This document shows positions 49,558 through 60,575 of a stretch of DNA of 64,000 bases, piece after piece (position 1 is the first letter of the stretch; every line of letters starts with the position of its first letter). The DNA comes from an uncultured Lachnospiraceae bacterium (GTDB taxonomy: Bacteria > Bacillota > Clostridia > Lachnospirales > Lachnospiraceae). The notes beneath the pieces were generated by a model that did not search any database, had not been told where the DNA came from, and saw only the letters and a program-made list of their open reading frames with translations. The translations under genes were made by a program, and so were the position numbers. The stretch is from positions 39,130 to 103,129 of the forward strand of contig CAJTUZ010000013.1 of assembly GCA_910579735.1 (NCBI GenBank), given 5' to 3'.

Positions 49558-50583
49558 TCATCGTGATTTCATATCCGGCAGTCGGGAATCCAAAGCCTTC
49601 CTGATTTCTGTTTCCATACTCTGAATATAGCTTATTCTCCTAATCGTGTTTCTCACCTCGGAAATCCCCAGACTTTGTTCCGCTTCATCGATGCATGTTC
49701 CAAGCGATCTCTGAATACTATATTCCAGCCATTCTACCCAGGTATATGCCACTCCGAATACACTGCTGTACGCCCGAAAACCATTATCATATGCAGCCAG
49801 ATAACCATCAAAAAATGCAGTCATTTTCTCAATATCCATATTACATGTGGTAATCCCCGACCATTGCAGCGCAAGCTGAAGTGCATGAGATATCGGATTT
49901 CCATAGTCAAGGCATTCCAGATCTATTACCCATGGGTTTCCTTTATCCCACATGACGTTTTTCGGATCCATATCCCCGTTAGAAATACAAAGGATATCCG
50001 GCAAAGAGGCTCTCGCTGTATTCAATTCTTTCTCTGCATTAATCAGTAACTGTAAATTGTCAGACAAGACAGAGGCAATTTCGTTTTTCTCATCTTCTGC
50101 CCTCTGTACATACTTCTGCCAGGGAATATTACTGAGTTCCGGCTCTTCGTGAGGAATATTCCGGGGAGCGATTGCATGTATTCTTCCCAGAATATTACCG
50201 ACAGTCGTACTCTTTTCCTTTGAAATATGATTCCAACCGGTGATGTGTCCATCCTGCCAGCGAAAAATATAAAAATAGCTTTCGTCTATATTTTGCATCT
50301 TTTTACCATGAACTGCCAGCGCCGGTACAATCGGAATATCTTGTTTTTCCAAAAGAGATTCTATTTTTTCCGCCCGCTCGTAATTGTCATGCACGCCTTC
50401 TCTTCTCATGACTTCCGGGTTAAGATGCTTAACCGCATATATTCCGGAATCTGTTTTTACTTTGTACATTCTATGCATAAATCCGCCGGATACCGGCTCA
50501 ATTGGACAAATAAGAGTTCCAAACCCGCATTTTATCATCAAATCCGCTATCCGTTTATCGATCACATTATCCTTCATAATCAT
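49558..50583 (-). CDS. APH/choline-kinase-like phosphotransferase
   Basis: SGGFMHRMY..YAVK, SNGDMDPKNV (Brenner motif variant), VIDLE. Confidence 0.8.
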   Translation of the reverse strand: MIMKDNVIDKRIADLMIKCGFGTLICPIEPVSGGFMHRMYKVKTDSGIYAVKHLNPEVMRREGVHDNYERAEKIESLLEKQDIPIVPALAVHGKKMQNIDESYFYIFRWQDGHITGWNHISKEKSTTVGNILGRIHAIAPRNIPHEEPELSNIPWQKYVQRAEDEKNEIASVLSDNLQLLINAEKELNTARASLPDILCISNGDMDPKNVMWDKGNPWVIDLECLDYGNPISHALQLALQWSGITTCNMDIEKMTAFFDGYLAAYDNGFRAYSSVFGVAYTWVEWLEYSIQRSLGTCIDEAEQSLGISEVRNTIRRISYIQSMETEIRKALDSRLPDMKSR

Positions 50584-50826
50584 CTTTCCTCTCTGTCTTT
50601 GCCGCCCGTGAAAACCACATAAATATTCTATATAGTATCAGAAACTACCAAAAACGGTTTGCATACCTCTATCTTGTGATATTTATTCCTAAAACAATTG
50701 CAATTACTGGGCAAACGTAGTATCCTATATATCAGTCAGAACATCTAAAAACATTTGCCGAATGCCTGCAGGCGGCCGTCCGGCCCGCTGCCCGCGGAAA
50801 TAATTATACAAAGAAGGTTGATCAAT

Positions 50827-51741
50827 ATGAACGAAGCATTCCATATAATCAGTGATGGTTCCTGCGACTTATCTCCGGAACTGGCACAGGAAAAGAATAT
50901 TACGGTAGTTCCCTTTTACGTATCCTTTGATGACGAGCACTACTTCAAAGAAAATGTAGAGATCGGTATCCGCAGCTTCTATCAGCAAATGGTGGAAAAA
51001 AAGGGCGTTTACCCCAAGTCTTCCATGCCTTCCATTCAGGATTATGAAGAAGCGTTTCTTCCTTTTGCGAAGACCGGCATGCCCGTAATCTGCATCTGCA
51101 TTACTACGAAATTCAGCGGTTCCATGCAGTCTGCGCTAAATGCCCGTACGCTTGTATTGGAAAAATACCCGCAGGCAGAAATTACGGTCATTGACGCAAC
51201 TATCAATACGGTTTTGCAGGGACTATATGTGTTGGAAGCTGTCAGTCTGCGTGATCAGGGCGTCAGTTATCAGGATACCGTTGCACGTCTGGAAGAGATC
51301 AAAAGTACCGGCAGGATTTTCTTTACGGTCGGAAATATGGAATATTTAAAACACGGCGGCCGCATCGGTAAAGTCTCCGCTCTGGCCGGAAGCGTTCTGG
51401 ACATCCGTCCCGTAATCACGTTAAAACAGGGTGAAATCTTCCCTTCCGGCATTGACAGGGGCCGAAAACGCACCCTGAAAAAAGTCATGGATCTGCTTTT
51501 GGAATATTTACGGGAAAGTCCTCTTGGCATCGAGTGCTACAGCATCACCGTGGGATATGGCTATGATATCGAAGAAGGCATCGAATTTCGTGATCAGGCT
51601 CTGTCCACTTTACAGGAAAGCGGATACGATATCAAAGAGATCCCCGTCTATCAGATCGGCGCTACCATCGGCGTACACACAGGGCCCTATCCGTTGGGAT
51701 TCGGGATCATTGAGCGGGGGATCCATCCGCGTTTGAAATAA
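50827..51741 (+). CDS. DegV/FakB fatty-acid-binding protein
   Basis: IISDGSCDL, PKSSMPS, FSGSMQSA, YLKHGGRIG, IGVHTGP. Confidence 0.92.
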   Translation: MNEAFHIISDGSCDLSPELAQEKNITVVPFYVSFDDEHYFKENVEIGIRSFYQQMVEKKGVYPKSSMPSIQDYEEAFLPFAKTGMPVICICITTKFSGSMQSALNARTLVLEKYPQAEITVIDATINTVLQGLYVLEAVSLRDQGVSYQDTVARLEEIKSTGRIFFTVGNMEYLKHGGRIGKVSALAGSVLDIRPVITLKQGEIFPSGIDRGRKRTLKKVMDLLLEYLRESPLGIECYSITVGYGYDIEEGIEFRDQALSTLQESGYDIKEIPVYQIGATIGVHTGPYPLGFGIIERGIHPRLK

Positions 51742-51790
51742 TTCATAGACATATCAACATGAGCCGCAATCATACGATTACGGCTCCGAT

Positions 51791-53023
51791 TTATAATCTC
51801 GTATCATGGCAAAGGCTATGCAGTTCTTTCTCTAATGCTGTTTTTAACTTTTCTACATGCATTGTCTTAAATGTGTGTTGTCTCATCTTTTTATTATTTT
51901 CAGACATCAATTTTTCTTTTGCACCCGGTATTTTATCACACCAGCAGTACTTTAATTTAGGAATAGGAATATCTTTATAAAGCGCAATCTGTTCTATTGG
52001 ATTTATTTGCAGGACTTCTTTTAAACCATTATCAAACGTAAGAAGAACATGTATTGCATATCTCACCTGTTCTGTAGGTCTGACTGCAAATTCCTGTTCA
52101 ATTATCCGAACATGTATTAAATCCCATGACATTCCATTTATTGTGCCAAACAGATCATTACTATTTTTCTGAACTTTTTTAAAAAATTTTTTGGTCTTCT
52201 CATCATGCCTAAAATAATAATAGCATATCTGTAATTCTCGATCGGCAAAATATCCTAATTCTGTATTTACGAAATCAAATAACTCCATTATTTTATTTTG
52301 CGGTGACTTTTTAGGATTAGCAAATTCGATGCAAATTGTTTTCAGCAAAAGAACGTATAGTGATTCCTGCATTCTATAAAATTTTTCACAGCTTAATGCG
52401 TATTTTTCGGAGAACATAATGTGAAAAAGGGCATCGGCATCCAATTGAATTTCTTCTTCCAGTCTGTCATACTCACATATCCCGTTTTGCATGAATTTGG
52501 AATAATGAAAAGCCTTAAAGAGCATAAAACTTTTAATATTTTTATAACACTCAATTCTGTTGATGGAATCTTTCTTTGCCGCGTTTTCTACCATATATGG
52601 CGCACAACTATAATTTATTTCCGGTAACTGCAAATATTGCAGCACCTCATTCATTTTTTGACTATGTGAAACTTCATTAAATTCCACAAAAATATTTTTT
52701 AAATAACTGACTGCCTGCGTATCAAGGTCCACACATATATCAATAAAATAATCTGACCTCTTTTTTTCGATCATTTCTTTATAAATCTGTTGGTTCATTG
52801 CATAATATCGATTCGCAAATCCTAAATTTATGATTGCAAAATCATGGTCATAATCAGTACATAATGACTCAGGCAGCTTGCTTCCCTCATTTTCAGAAAA
52901 TACAATAAAAGTACATTCTTTTAAATCCTCATAAAAAGAATGATAACATGTCAGATGATCCTCTAAATTGTCGCACATAAACATACGGCAGATTGCTTCA
53001 TAAACATTTTCAGGCAAGCTCAC
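51791..53023 (-). CDS. AT-rich hypothetical protein with PIN-like acidic motifs
   Basis: 410-aa intact ORF; VDLDTQAVSYL, YMVEN, MSWDL, LLTFDNGL. Confidence 0.6.
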   Translation of the reverse strand: MSLPENVYEAICRMFMCDNLEDHLTCYHSFYEDLKECTFIVFSENEGSKLPESLCTDYDHDFAIINLGFANRYYAMNQQIYKEMIEKKRSDYFIDICVDLDTQAVSYLKNIFVEFNEVSHSQKMNEVLQYLQLPEINYSCAPYMVENAAKKDSINRIECYKNIKSFMLFKAFHYSKFMQNGICEYDRLEEEIQLDADALFHIMFSEKYALSCEKFYRMQESLYVLLLKTICIEFANPKKSPQNKIMELFDFVNTELGYFADRELQICYYYFRHDEKTKKFFKKVQKNSNDLFGTINGMSWDLIHVRIIEQEFAVRPTEQVRYAIHVLLTFDNGLKEVLQINPIEQIALYKDIPIPKLKYCWCDKIPGAKEKLMSENNKKMRQHTFKTMHVEKLKTALEKELHSLCHDTRL

Positions 53024-53070
53024 TTATCCACCTTCTTTTCCCGACACCGCTGTCATTTCCACATCTATCT

Positions 53071-54612
53071 TTATTCCCGGTAAACAAAATCACGAAACGC
53101 CGCCATACCGCCGGGTTCTTTTGTAGAATAAACAGCCAGGCCAAACCGGCAGCCTACGAAATGGTCCATCTTAAAATACAGTTTATGCGGTGCGCCGATT
53201 TGTGTCCAAGGTGTTTGTGCATCTGCATCCGCCCTTCGATAATAAAAAACCGCCGTATCCTTCATTCCGGCAAAATCCACTTCCAGCTTCATCTGCACGG
53301 CACTTTCGCTTTCTTCCAGCATGAGCGCCGCCTGCTCCCTTTCGGTCCGTTCATCGGCTTTTAACGGCTCTAAAGAGTCATCCGCAGCGGTTACCGTACG
53401 CAGCGTCAGATACAGCCGTCCCTCTCTTCTTGTGATGCCGAGAAATCCGTAGCATCCCTGCAGTGCGCAGATTCCGGCAAAGTCTCCCTCCTTCAGCCGG
53501 CTTCCGTCCACCGTGACTTCTCCCGTACATCCGGGGTACAGCATTCTCTGTGTAAGGATATTCCGGGCCTCGGGCAGATATCTGCAGACTTTATCCGTCC
53601 GCACCTTCCAGACGCCATTCTCTCTGTCATGCATGATCAGCTCAGGGGCCGGTTCATGACTAAACTGCCAGCAAGGTTTCAATTCTCCCTTAAAATCATC
53701 GCTTTCCACAAGCGGCCGGTAGTTATATCCCGGGCGCAGACTCTTGATCTCAAACTCCTCAGGTACCTTTCCCGCGTTTCCAAACACCGGATATTCATTC
53801 TCCCAGTAAACCGGCATCAGTACGGGAATGCGCCCCACTGCTCCGCTGTCCTGAAAAAGCATGGCGTACCATTTTCCGTCGGGAGTATCCACGATTCCTC
53901 CCTGGGCCACCCCCTGACCGCAATAATCTCTGTCATCATTCAGCACATCACCGCCGGTAAACTCTCCTGTCAGGGAATCCGCCGTAAAACAGGCTTCGAC
54001 TCTTCTCCAACGGTCTTTTAACGAATGGATGAAAAACAGATAATATTTCCCATGAATCTTATAAAAATGCGTACCTTCATACCCCAGGACAGAATTCCCT
54101 TCATCGCTGACAACCAGACGGTGCAGTCCTCCTTCTGCCGGTCCGCTCAAATCGCTTTTCAGCTCCGTGATATAAATATCCTTATTGCCATATGCAATAT
54201 ACACCCTGTCGTCATCGTCAAACAACAGAGAACAGTCATGATAAAAACCTTCCACATAGCGCTTTTTCCAGGGACCTTCTATGCAGTCTGCCGTGTACAG
54301 GTATGTTCTGTGGGTGTCATTGGCAACAAAACAGATATAGTAAGTGCCTTTGTGACAGCGCAGAGAAGCCGCCCACATACCCTTTCCGTAGATATTTTCC
54401 TCCCCCTCAAGCCTCTGTCCGGGAGTACTATCCAGCCTGTCATAAACATATGTCACATGCTCCCAGTTACGCAGATCATAAGAGCGCAGAATCTCACACC
54501 CCGGCATAAAATGCATGGTAGTGCTCACCATATAATAAGTATCGTCTACACGGATCACATCCGGATCCGGATAATCCAGCCTGGTGACCGGATTAATATG
54601 ATTTTTTTCCAT
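53071..54612 (-). CDS. GH43 beta-xylosidase/arabinofuranosidase
   Basis: DYPDPDVIRV..YYMVSTT, WAASL, HDCSLLFDDD, YEGTHFYK, QGGIVDT; C-terminal beta-sandwich. Start could be 54633. Confidence 0.92.
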   Translation of the reverse strand: MEKNHINPVTRLDYPDPDVIRVDDTYYMVSTTMHFMPGCEILRSYDLRNWEHVTYVYDRLDSTPGQRLEGEENIYGKGMWAASLRCHKGTYYICFVANDTHRTYLYTADCIEGPWKKRYVEGFYHDCSLLFDDDDRVYIAYGNKDIYITELKSDLSGPAEGGLHRLVVSDEGNSVLGYEGTHFYKIHGKYYLFFIHSLKDRWRRVEACFTADSLTGEFTGGDVLNDDRDYCGQGVAQGGIVDTPDGKWYAMLFQDSGAVGRIPVLMPVYWENEYPVFGNAGKVPEEFEIKSLRPGYNYRPLVESDDFKGELKPCWQFSHEPAPELIMHDRENGVWKVRTDKVCRYLPEARNILTQRMLYPGCTGEVTVDGSRLKEGDFAGICALQGCYGFLGITRREGRLYLTLRTVTAADDSLEPLKADERTEREQAALMLEESESAVQMKLEVDFAGMKDTAVFYYRRADADAQTPWTQIGAPHKLYFKMDHFVGCRFGLAVYSTKEPGGMAAFRDFVYRE

Positions 54613-54695
54613 GTTCCCGTATGATCCGACCATTTTATATATCGATCGGATTTTCCTTTCCCCGAACCTTCCGGGCACTTCCTTCCAATAGCACT

Positions 54696-54724
54696 ATTAT
54701 ATTGAAAAAAATCAGATATATCAA
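54696..54724 (-). promoter_or_regulatory. Putative sigma-A promoter of the GH43 gene
   Basis: TTGATA-17bp-TATAAT. Confidence 0.55.
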
Positions 54725-54890
54725 GCTTGTAAATATGACTCAATTTTTGTATCGCAGAAACAGGCTGTCAAAAAAAGATAGTATTTACCCCCTCAATATG
54801 ATAAAATGAATATATTCGGCATGAAATAATGTAAAGATTTTCATGAGCAAACCAATTCGCTTTGCAAATATTGCAGGCTGAGAGAAAGGC

Positions 54891-56219
54891 ATGGTTATTG
54901 ATATGGCAAATAATCTGAAAGCTGATTGGAATCAGCTCAAAAAAGCTACGACACAGTTAATGAATGAGAAACGTTACAGCGCATCCTGTCAGATCTGGAA
55001 CAATGATATGACCAAATTAGTCAATGATTACAAGCAGGAAGAAGCAGCCTGGTATAACAGTCCGCAGATTACAGAAAATGGTTTTATGACAACGACACAG
55101 AATCTGTGGTATACACACTACCTGAATAAAAAACGTCTTAAAACACTCGGATTGACAGCGCATTATGATTACATAAAACCTACAGAATATAACAGGGGTG
55201 AGTATCAGCGTTATCCCTATTGGGATTATAGTCACGACGGAAAAAATCTAATCTGCAAAATCAGCGACGAGATGAATTACAGAAAATCTTTTTATCACGG
55301 GAATCGCTGCGTATGGTCAGATACGCGGAAAAAATCGGCGGGAGAATACTATATGATCCAGTCCAGAAGCACGAACGGAAACTATATCTGTCCGAGCTGC
55401 GGCTGGGAAGGCACATTGGAATGTTTCGTAGACGGCTGCGATTATTGTCAGACCAAATTCCATATCGAGGATTTGAAGCAGAAGGTTTCTTCCGTTTATA
55501 ATCCGGGAGATTGGACGCAGCACAGAGACGGTTTTACGATTCATAAGAATTTTGTGCCCATGTATATCATCCTTGTTATTATTGTACTTGCACTTTTTGC
55601 GGTCGGAAGCAATTTGGGCGGCGCTTTGATGACGCTTACTCCCCTGCTTGGCATCGGTGTGATGGTAGTATTTCTTTCAATTTTTGTAGGTAAGAAATCC
55701 AGGGAAAGCATGGCCGGCGGCCCCGCCAGGACGAATCAGACGCTTGAAAAGATACGAAATGTAGACAAATATTTCTCAACAGAGACTTTGATCGGAAACC
55801 TATCCAACAAGCTGCTCAGTATCTGCTATGCAGATTCGGCCAAAGAGATCGGACCGTTTGCGGTCTGCGATATGACGGCGCTGCTTGCAAGATATCGCGG
55901 AGTGATCGATTGTAAACTGCTGGAATGCGTTCTGATGGATTATCGAACGGACGGTAATTTCCAGCATTTACAAGTAAAAGCAGGAATGATGCTGACCAGA
56001 TATGAAAACGGGGGAGTGCGTCAGGAAAAGGCCTTCTTGAATCTCAGTCTTGTCAAAAGCATCCGCGCGCTGACACAGAGTATCAACGACGTAAATGTGT
56101 ATCGCTGCGATTCCTGCGGCGCGAGTCTGTCACTGTTAAACGGAGGCAGATGTGAATATTGCGGACAGGGCCTGGACTTAAAAGAATACGACTGGGTGAT
56201 TGAAGGATATCAATACTAA
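54891..56219 (+). CDS. Membrane protein with two zinc ribbons and a Tim44-like domain
   Basis: CPSC..CDYC, two TMs, IRNVDKYFS, CDSCGA..CEYCG..DWVI. Confidence 0.6.
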   Translation: MVIDMANNLKADWNQLKKATTQLMNEKRYSASCQIWNNDMTKLVNDYKQEEAAWYNSPQITENGFMTTTQNLWYTHYLNKKRLKTLGLTAHYDYIKPTEYNRGEYQRYPYWDYSHDGKNLICKISDEMNYRKSFYHGNRCVWSDTRKKSAGEYYMIQSRSTNGNYICPSCGWEGTLECFVDGCDYCQTKFHIEDLKQKVSSVYNPGDWTQHRDGFTIHKNFVPMYIILVIIVLALFAVGSNLGGALMTLTPLLGIGVMVVFLSIFVGKKSRESMAGGPARTNQTLEKIRNVDKYFSTETLIGNLSNKLLSICYADSAKEIGPFAVCDMTALLARYRGVIDCKLLECVLMDYRTDGNFQHLQVKAGMMLTRYENGGVRQEKAFLNLSLVKSIRALTQSINDVNVYRCDSCGASLSLLNGGRCEYCGQGLDLKEYDWVIEGYQY

Positions 56220-56426
56220 GCTGCCGCTCTGGTTGATAAAGGGGAAATTCCGGATATATCCTGAATGCATTTGACGGAATTAAGAATATTTATTTTCTTT
56301 TTCATATGTATTTTATTTCCGGATTTCTATCCTTTTTTCATTCCATTCGTATCTCAGCAAATCCCGCCCCGATCCGTCACCTTATAAAATCTTCGGCCTG
56401 TAAAATATTTTCAACAGGTCTAAGCA

Positions 56427-57182
56427 TTACTGTTTACTCGCTACAATAGTAAACTCTCCCGGTATCTTTTCATTTGTCCACGCAGGATGTTCATCAAACT
56501 TTCTTAACGTAAAACCACTGTCTATGACTGAATTGATAATCTCACTGATTGTATACTTTCTGTAACTGCACTTAGGCATCTGCTCTCTGACACTTTCTTC
56601 AAAAAAGTGAGCATGTGCCATTTCTCCTTCAAAAACTTCCTTTGAAAAATAACTCATAGTTGGTTGTTCAAAATTCAATATATCTGATATTTTTGTAAAC
56701 GGATGGAAATCACTGCATATCATTTTTCCGTCTTTTTTCAATAACAAATGCATAATGCGCATAAATTCATTAATCTCATGAAAATAATGTAAGACGCCTC
56801 CTTCCATAAATACTACATCAAAATAATTCCCGTACTTTTCCATATCAATTTCCAGTACATCACATACCTCAAAGTTCAAATCAATTTCTGCGGCAGCTGC
56901 CACTTCAAGCGCGTATTTCTTATTATCTTCCGAAATATCAAAGACAGTAACTTCTGCTCCCAAAACGGCTAAGGGAACAGCCTTCTTTCCGCAGGAACCG
57001 CAGATGTTTGCTACTTTAATACCATTGTAAGCATCAAAGTAATCAGAATATCTTTTCAACATTCCTATCGGATTTTCCAAGTCCCTTTTTGCTCTGTCAA
57101 CCGGTGTACCGGACTGTTTCACCCAAAACTCATACGCATTATATTCCCACGCCTTTTTATTTTGAATACTATAATCTATCAT
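56427..57182 (-). CDS. Class I SAM-dependent methyltransferase
   Basis: NKKAW, NICGSCG, VFDIS, FDVVF..GVLHY, LKKDG..SDFHP. Confidence 0.85.
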   Translation of the reverse strand: MIDYSIQNKKAWEYNAYEFWVKQSGTPVDRAKRDLENPIGMLKRYSDYFDAYNGIKVANICGSCGKKAVPLAVLGAEVTVFDISEDNKKYALEVAAAAEIDLNFEVCDVLEIDMEKYGNYFDVVFMEGGVLHYFHEINEFMRIMHLLLKKDGKMICSDFHPFTKISDILNFEQPTMSYFSKEVFEGEMAHAHFFEESVREQMPKCSYRKYTISEIINSVIDSGFTLRKFDEHPAWTNEKIPGEFTIVASKQ

Positions 57183-57343
57183 CTTTGAATATCCCCCCTG
57201 CTCAATTTATAAATATAATAAATGCCAGGACACCGCCTTCTTCAAAGCGTGTCCCGGCCTGATTCCATCAGCATTGGCAAGATTGCCAGAAATGCCCCTC
57301 TTTCTTCCAAAGACCTGATATCGACTATACCTCCCGGAATAAT

Positions 57344-58888
57344 TTATTCATCTTTCTTAAGAAGCAGCGTCATTTTATTAACCATCTCATTAATCGTATT
57401 GGCCTGTGTGGAAATCTCCGCTGTATCACTGGCATTGCTTTCAGCCATTTCCCTTATGATACTAAACTGTTCATTCTCGTTTCTAATACTTTCTGCAATA
57501 TCCTGATTAATTAAAACAGTATTCTTAATAACCTCTGACTGCTCTCTATGCGCATCTCCCATGGCTTTAACAGCATCCACAGACACATTCAGCAAATTTG
57601 TCATATCTTTCATTCCGTCAAAAACATTTGCGAAAAATTCATTCTGCTTTCTTAATTTGGTGAAATTCTCTTCTACCTGCGCAGTAATATCAACGACATT
57701 CTGCTGTATCCGTTCAGTAACTGCCTGAACATCTTTTAAGGATTCCTGCGTGTTATTAGCAAGATTTCCAACTTCCGTTGCAACTACAGCAAAACCTTTC
57801 CCTGCTTCCCCGGCCCGTGCAGCCTCAATGGAAGCATTTAATGCCAGCAAATTCGTAGATGACGAAATATCATTAATAAGATTCAAAGTGACTCCTATTT
57901 GCTTAACAGCTTCCGATAATTTTTCCGTTATACTGATTGTAGTATCCATGGATTGAGATACCTCGCTGTTGATCAGGGATAAATCATTGAGCAGTTCCTC
58001 ATTCTGTTTTGATTTATCCAGAAGATTCTTAGAAGTATCTTCCACCTTCTCTACGTTCTCGGCAACAACGTCTTCCCATTTATTCAATTCGCCAAGATTA
58101 AGCATACTTTCATCTGTTTTGGAACTTAACAGATTGCTTCCGACAGCCAATTGCTCGCTTGTCGCTGCAAGTTCCTGTGCAGAAGCACTTTCATTTCCGG
58201 AAATCTGAGAAAGAGCCACCCCTGCCGTATGTAGTTTATCTGATAATTCCCGGACAGTGGCAAGGACATTGGTAACATGTTCATTATTCTTTTCCAATTC
58301 ATCTTTTTTGGCATTTACTAAAAAATGCGCAACAAAAAATATAAAAATAATCAATCCGGTCAGTGATAACACCAATGCAACCAAACACATGATAATATCT
58401 GCCAGAAATAATTCATCCTTAACGGGAAGAAGATCCGTACCTTTTATAAACCAGCCTATAAATAAAGAAACCATGCAGGCCAAACCGCCTGCCAACAGCA
58501 GTTTAATATCCAGAAAAAATGCTATCAAAATGAGGAAAAAGAATAAAAATCCCCAAAATGTTCTCGAAGGAAGCATGTATAATAGATAATTCCACTGAAG
58601 CACTAAAATGACTACTGAAAAGATTTTACCAACCTTTAATCTGCCCTCTAATAAATATCCCTCTTTATCAAATGATGTCCTTATTATAACGATTGCAGTT
58701 ATAAAAAATATTACATCCATTATACCTAAACCAATTGTAGCAAGCCATGGCACTGCCGGATATAACCCAAACATTTTCTCCGTATTAAACATGACCGTAG
58801 CGCACATACACGCACAAACCAATATAATAAGTCCCCATTTAAACACCGTAGATAAGTAAACCTCAACAGACGTTTTTTTCTTGTTCAT
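57344..58888 (-). CDS. Methyl-accepting chemotaxis protein with integral-membrane sensor (about 6 TMs)
   Basis: [26 protein letters not shown]; hydrophobic N-terminus. Start 58888 or 58894. Confidence 0.9.
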   Translation of the reverse strand: MNKKKTSVEVYLSTVFKWGLIILVCACMCATVMFNTEKMFGLYPAVPWLATIGLGIMDVIFFITAIVIIRTSFDKEGYLLEGRLKVGKIFSVVILVLQWNYLLYMLPSRTFWGFLFFFLILIAFFLDIKLLLAGGLACMVSLFIGWFIKGTDLLPVKDELFLADIIMCLVALVLSLTGLIIFIFFVAHFLVNAKKDELEKNNEHVTNVLATVRELSDKLHTAGVALSQISGNESASAQELAATSEQLAVGSNLLSSKTDESMLNLGELNKWEDVVAENVEKVEDTSKNLLDKSKQNEELLNDLSLINSEVSQSMDTTISITEKLSEAVKQIGVTLNLINDISSSTNLLALNASIEAARAGEAGKGFAVVATEVGNLANNTQESLKDVQAVTERIQQNVVDITAQVEENFTKLRKQNEFFANVFDGMKDMTNLLNVSVDAVKAMGDAHREQSEVIKNTVLINQDIAESIRNENEQFSIIREMAESNASDTAEISTQANTINEMVNKMTLLLKKDE

Positions 58889-59287
58889 ATTCATTAACCC
58901 CCTGGAATTTAAATAATTGAAGAGCATATTGAAGATCATAAAATAATTACTAAAAAAGCTCTTTATCTACAATATCAGATAAAAAGCATATTTTTATGAC
59001 CTTTGAATTTAAAAAGAGCTTACAGTTTGTGATGCGGAAAGTATATTGCTGCAGCCACAACTGCCATGTCAATTCTTTCATGCGTTCTGTACACAAACGC
59101 TGCTATCAATATATCATCTTTATATATTTTTGTCAATTTCTGCGTCGACAAAATTTCGTCTTCTTTCTTATCCGGTCTCTTATCTGTTTTATCCTGTTCA
59201 GCCTTTTGAGAATCTGATATGGTGCCTTGTGTTTCCTTTTCTTCCTCCGTTTGGGCAAATCTGTCCGCTGTTTCTTCATGCCCGCCA

Positions 59288-59449
59288 TTATAGGAAAACG
59301 CTGTTTTTCAGCAAGGTTTTCCGTAAGAAATACACAAATGCAGATACCGCGAAAGAAATCTGAACGCACTTTAAAATCTGTATGACATAATAGACAACAC
59401 ATAAATTCAAAAAGCTTAGGGCACTATTCCAAAGTTCCTGCACTGTCAT
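59288..59449 (-). pseudogene. 5' remnant of a BlaR1/M56-type sensor gene (53 aa)
   Basis: MTVQELWNSALSFLNLCVVYYVIQILKCVQISFAVSAFVYFLRKTLLKNSVFL*; ATGA-coupled to the out-of-frame BlaI tail. Confidence 0.5.
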
Positions 59450-59762
59450 TTCCCATCATCATCCTCTTCCTTACATTGCTCCAGGATTTCTTCCAATTCC
59501 CGGCTTTTTCCCTCTGACATTCTTCTTTTGACTTCTGGACGGAATAGTGGTAAACCCTCGAATCATGTTCGTCTATGGTATAGCTTAAAACACCTTTCTG
59601 CCACAAACGGTTCAACAGGACACGCACCATTCTGGGCGACATATCTGACCTGTCCTGCACTTTCCTGATAACTTCCCCGGCAGTCATGACAGGCGGATCA
59701 TTCGTCCAAAATACTTCCATAATCAGCCATTCACTTTGACTCGGAGTCGTTTCTCTTTTCAT
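59446..59762 (-). pseudogene. BlaI/MecI/CopY repressor with internal deletion and frameshift
   Basis: SQSEWLIMEVFW..VRVLLNRL.QKGVL..RVYHY intact; dimerisation helices missing; terminal RELEEILEQ lies in another frame after ~59502. Confidence 0.7.
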
Positions 59763-59839
59763 GCTGTTTAGTTTCTTTTTTTACTATGTTAATATCTTTA
59801 TTGGACAAATTTCCATGTTTGTTAATGTTTGTTGTGCTT

Positions 59840-60361
59840 TTATCTTTCTGTTTTCAGCAAAGAGTACATCTTCATGTCAATGACTTCACCATTTTTAACA
59901 GCGTTGCTTCTCAAAGTTCCTTCATACTGGAAGCCTGCTTTTTCAAGCGCCCGGCAAGAGGCGATATTGTACGCAAATGGTTCTGCATATATGCGGATAA
60001 TATCGCTCTTATCAAAAACATACTCACAAATCTGCTTGATCGCTTCGGTCATAATTCCCCTGCCCCAGTATTCTTCTGCAACATAATATCCCAACTCAGC
60101 AGTCCGCCTATGTATGTTTCCCTGTCGAAAAACTCCAATACTGCCAACCGCTTTATGATCTGCCGTGACAGCAAACGCAAATGTGTCATTTTCATCTGCG
60201 GAAAGCATAGCAGAAATATAGTCCGCTCCATCTTTCTCTGTATAAGGATACGGTAATCCATCCCGAAGATTATCCTGTATTTTTTTATTAGAGAGTGCTA
60301 TTGCCAAGTCTTTTGCATCAGATAACTTCCACTTCCTTATTCTGTAATTCATTTTATCCAT
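59840..60361 (-). CDS. RimJ/RimL-family GNAT acetyltransferase
   Basis: AELGYYVAEEYWGRGIMTEA, NIASCRALEKAGFQYEG. Confidence 0.9.
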   Translation of the reverse strand: MDKMNYRIRKWKLSDAKDLAIALSNKKIQDNLRDGLPYPYTEKDGADYISAMLSADENDTFAFAVTADHKAVGSIGVFRQGNIHRRTAELGYYVAEEYWGRGIMTEAIKQICEYVFDKSDIIRIYAEPFAYNIASCRALEKAGFQYEGTLRSNAVKNGEVIDMKMYSLLKTER

Positions 60362-60575
60362 ATACGCTTCTCCTTCGGCTTTTCATTCGACTTCCCAATC
60401 TTCTGTTTCCGATACAATTCGAGTACGCACCCGCAATTTAACACTCCATTATTAAAATATTGCACAATAATAATCGTTTTATTTTTAACCGCTCTTATTA
60501 TATGGTGTTGGCGCCATGCCTTTTATATTATGAAAGAAAATTAAGCAAACATTCTATTCACATACCTATCATGTC

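Noticed and set aside
58940..59420. c-di-GMP riboswitch upstream of the MCP gene
   Set aside because: No GEMM consensus in the sense orientation; the region is better explained as gene remnants
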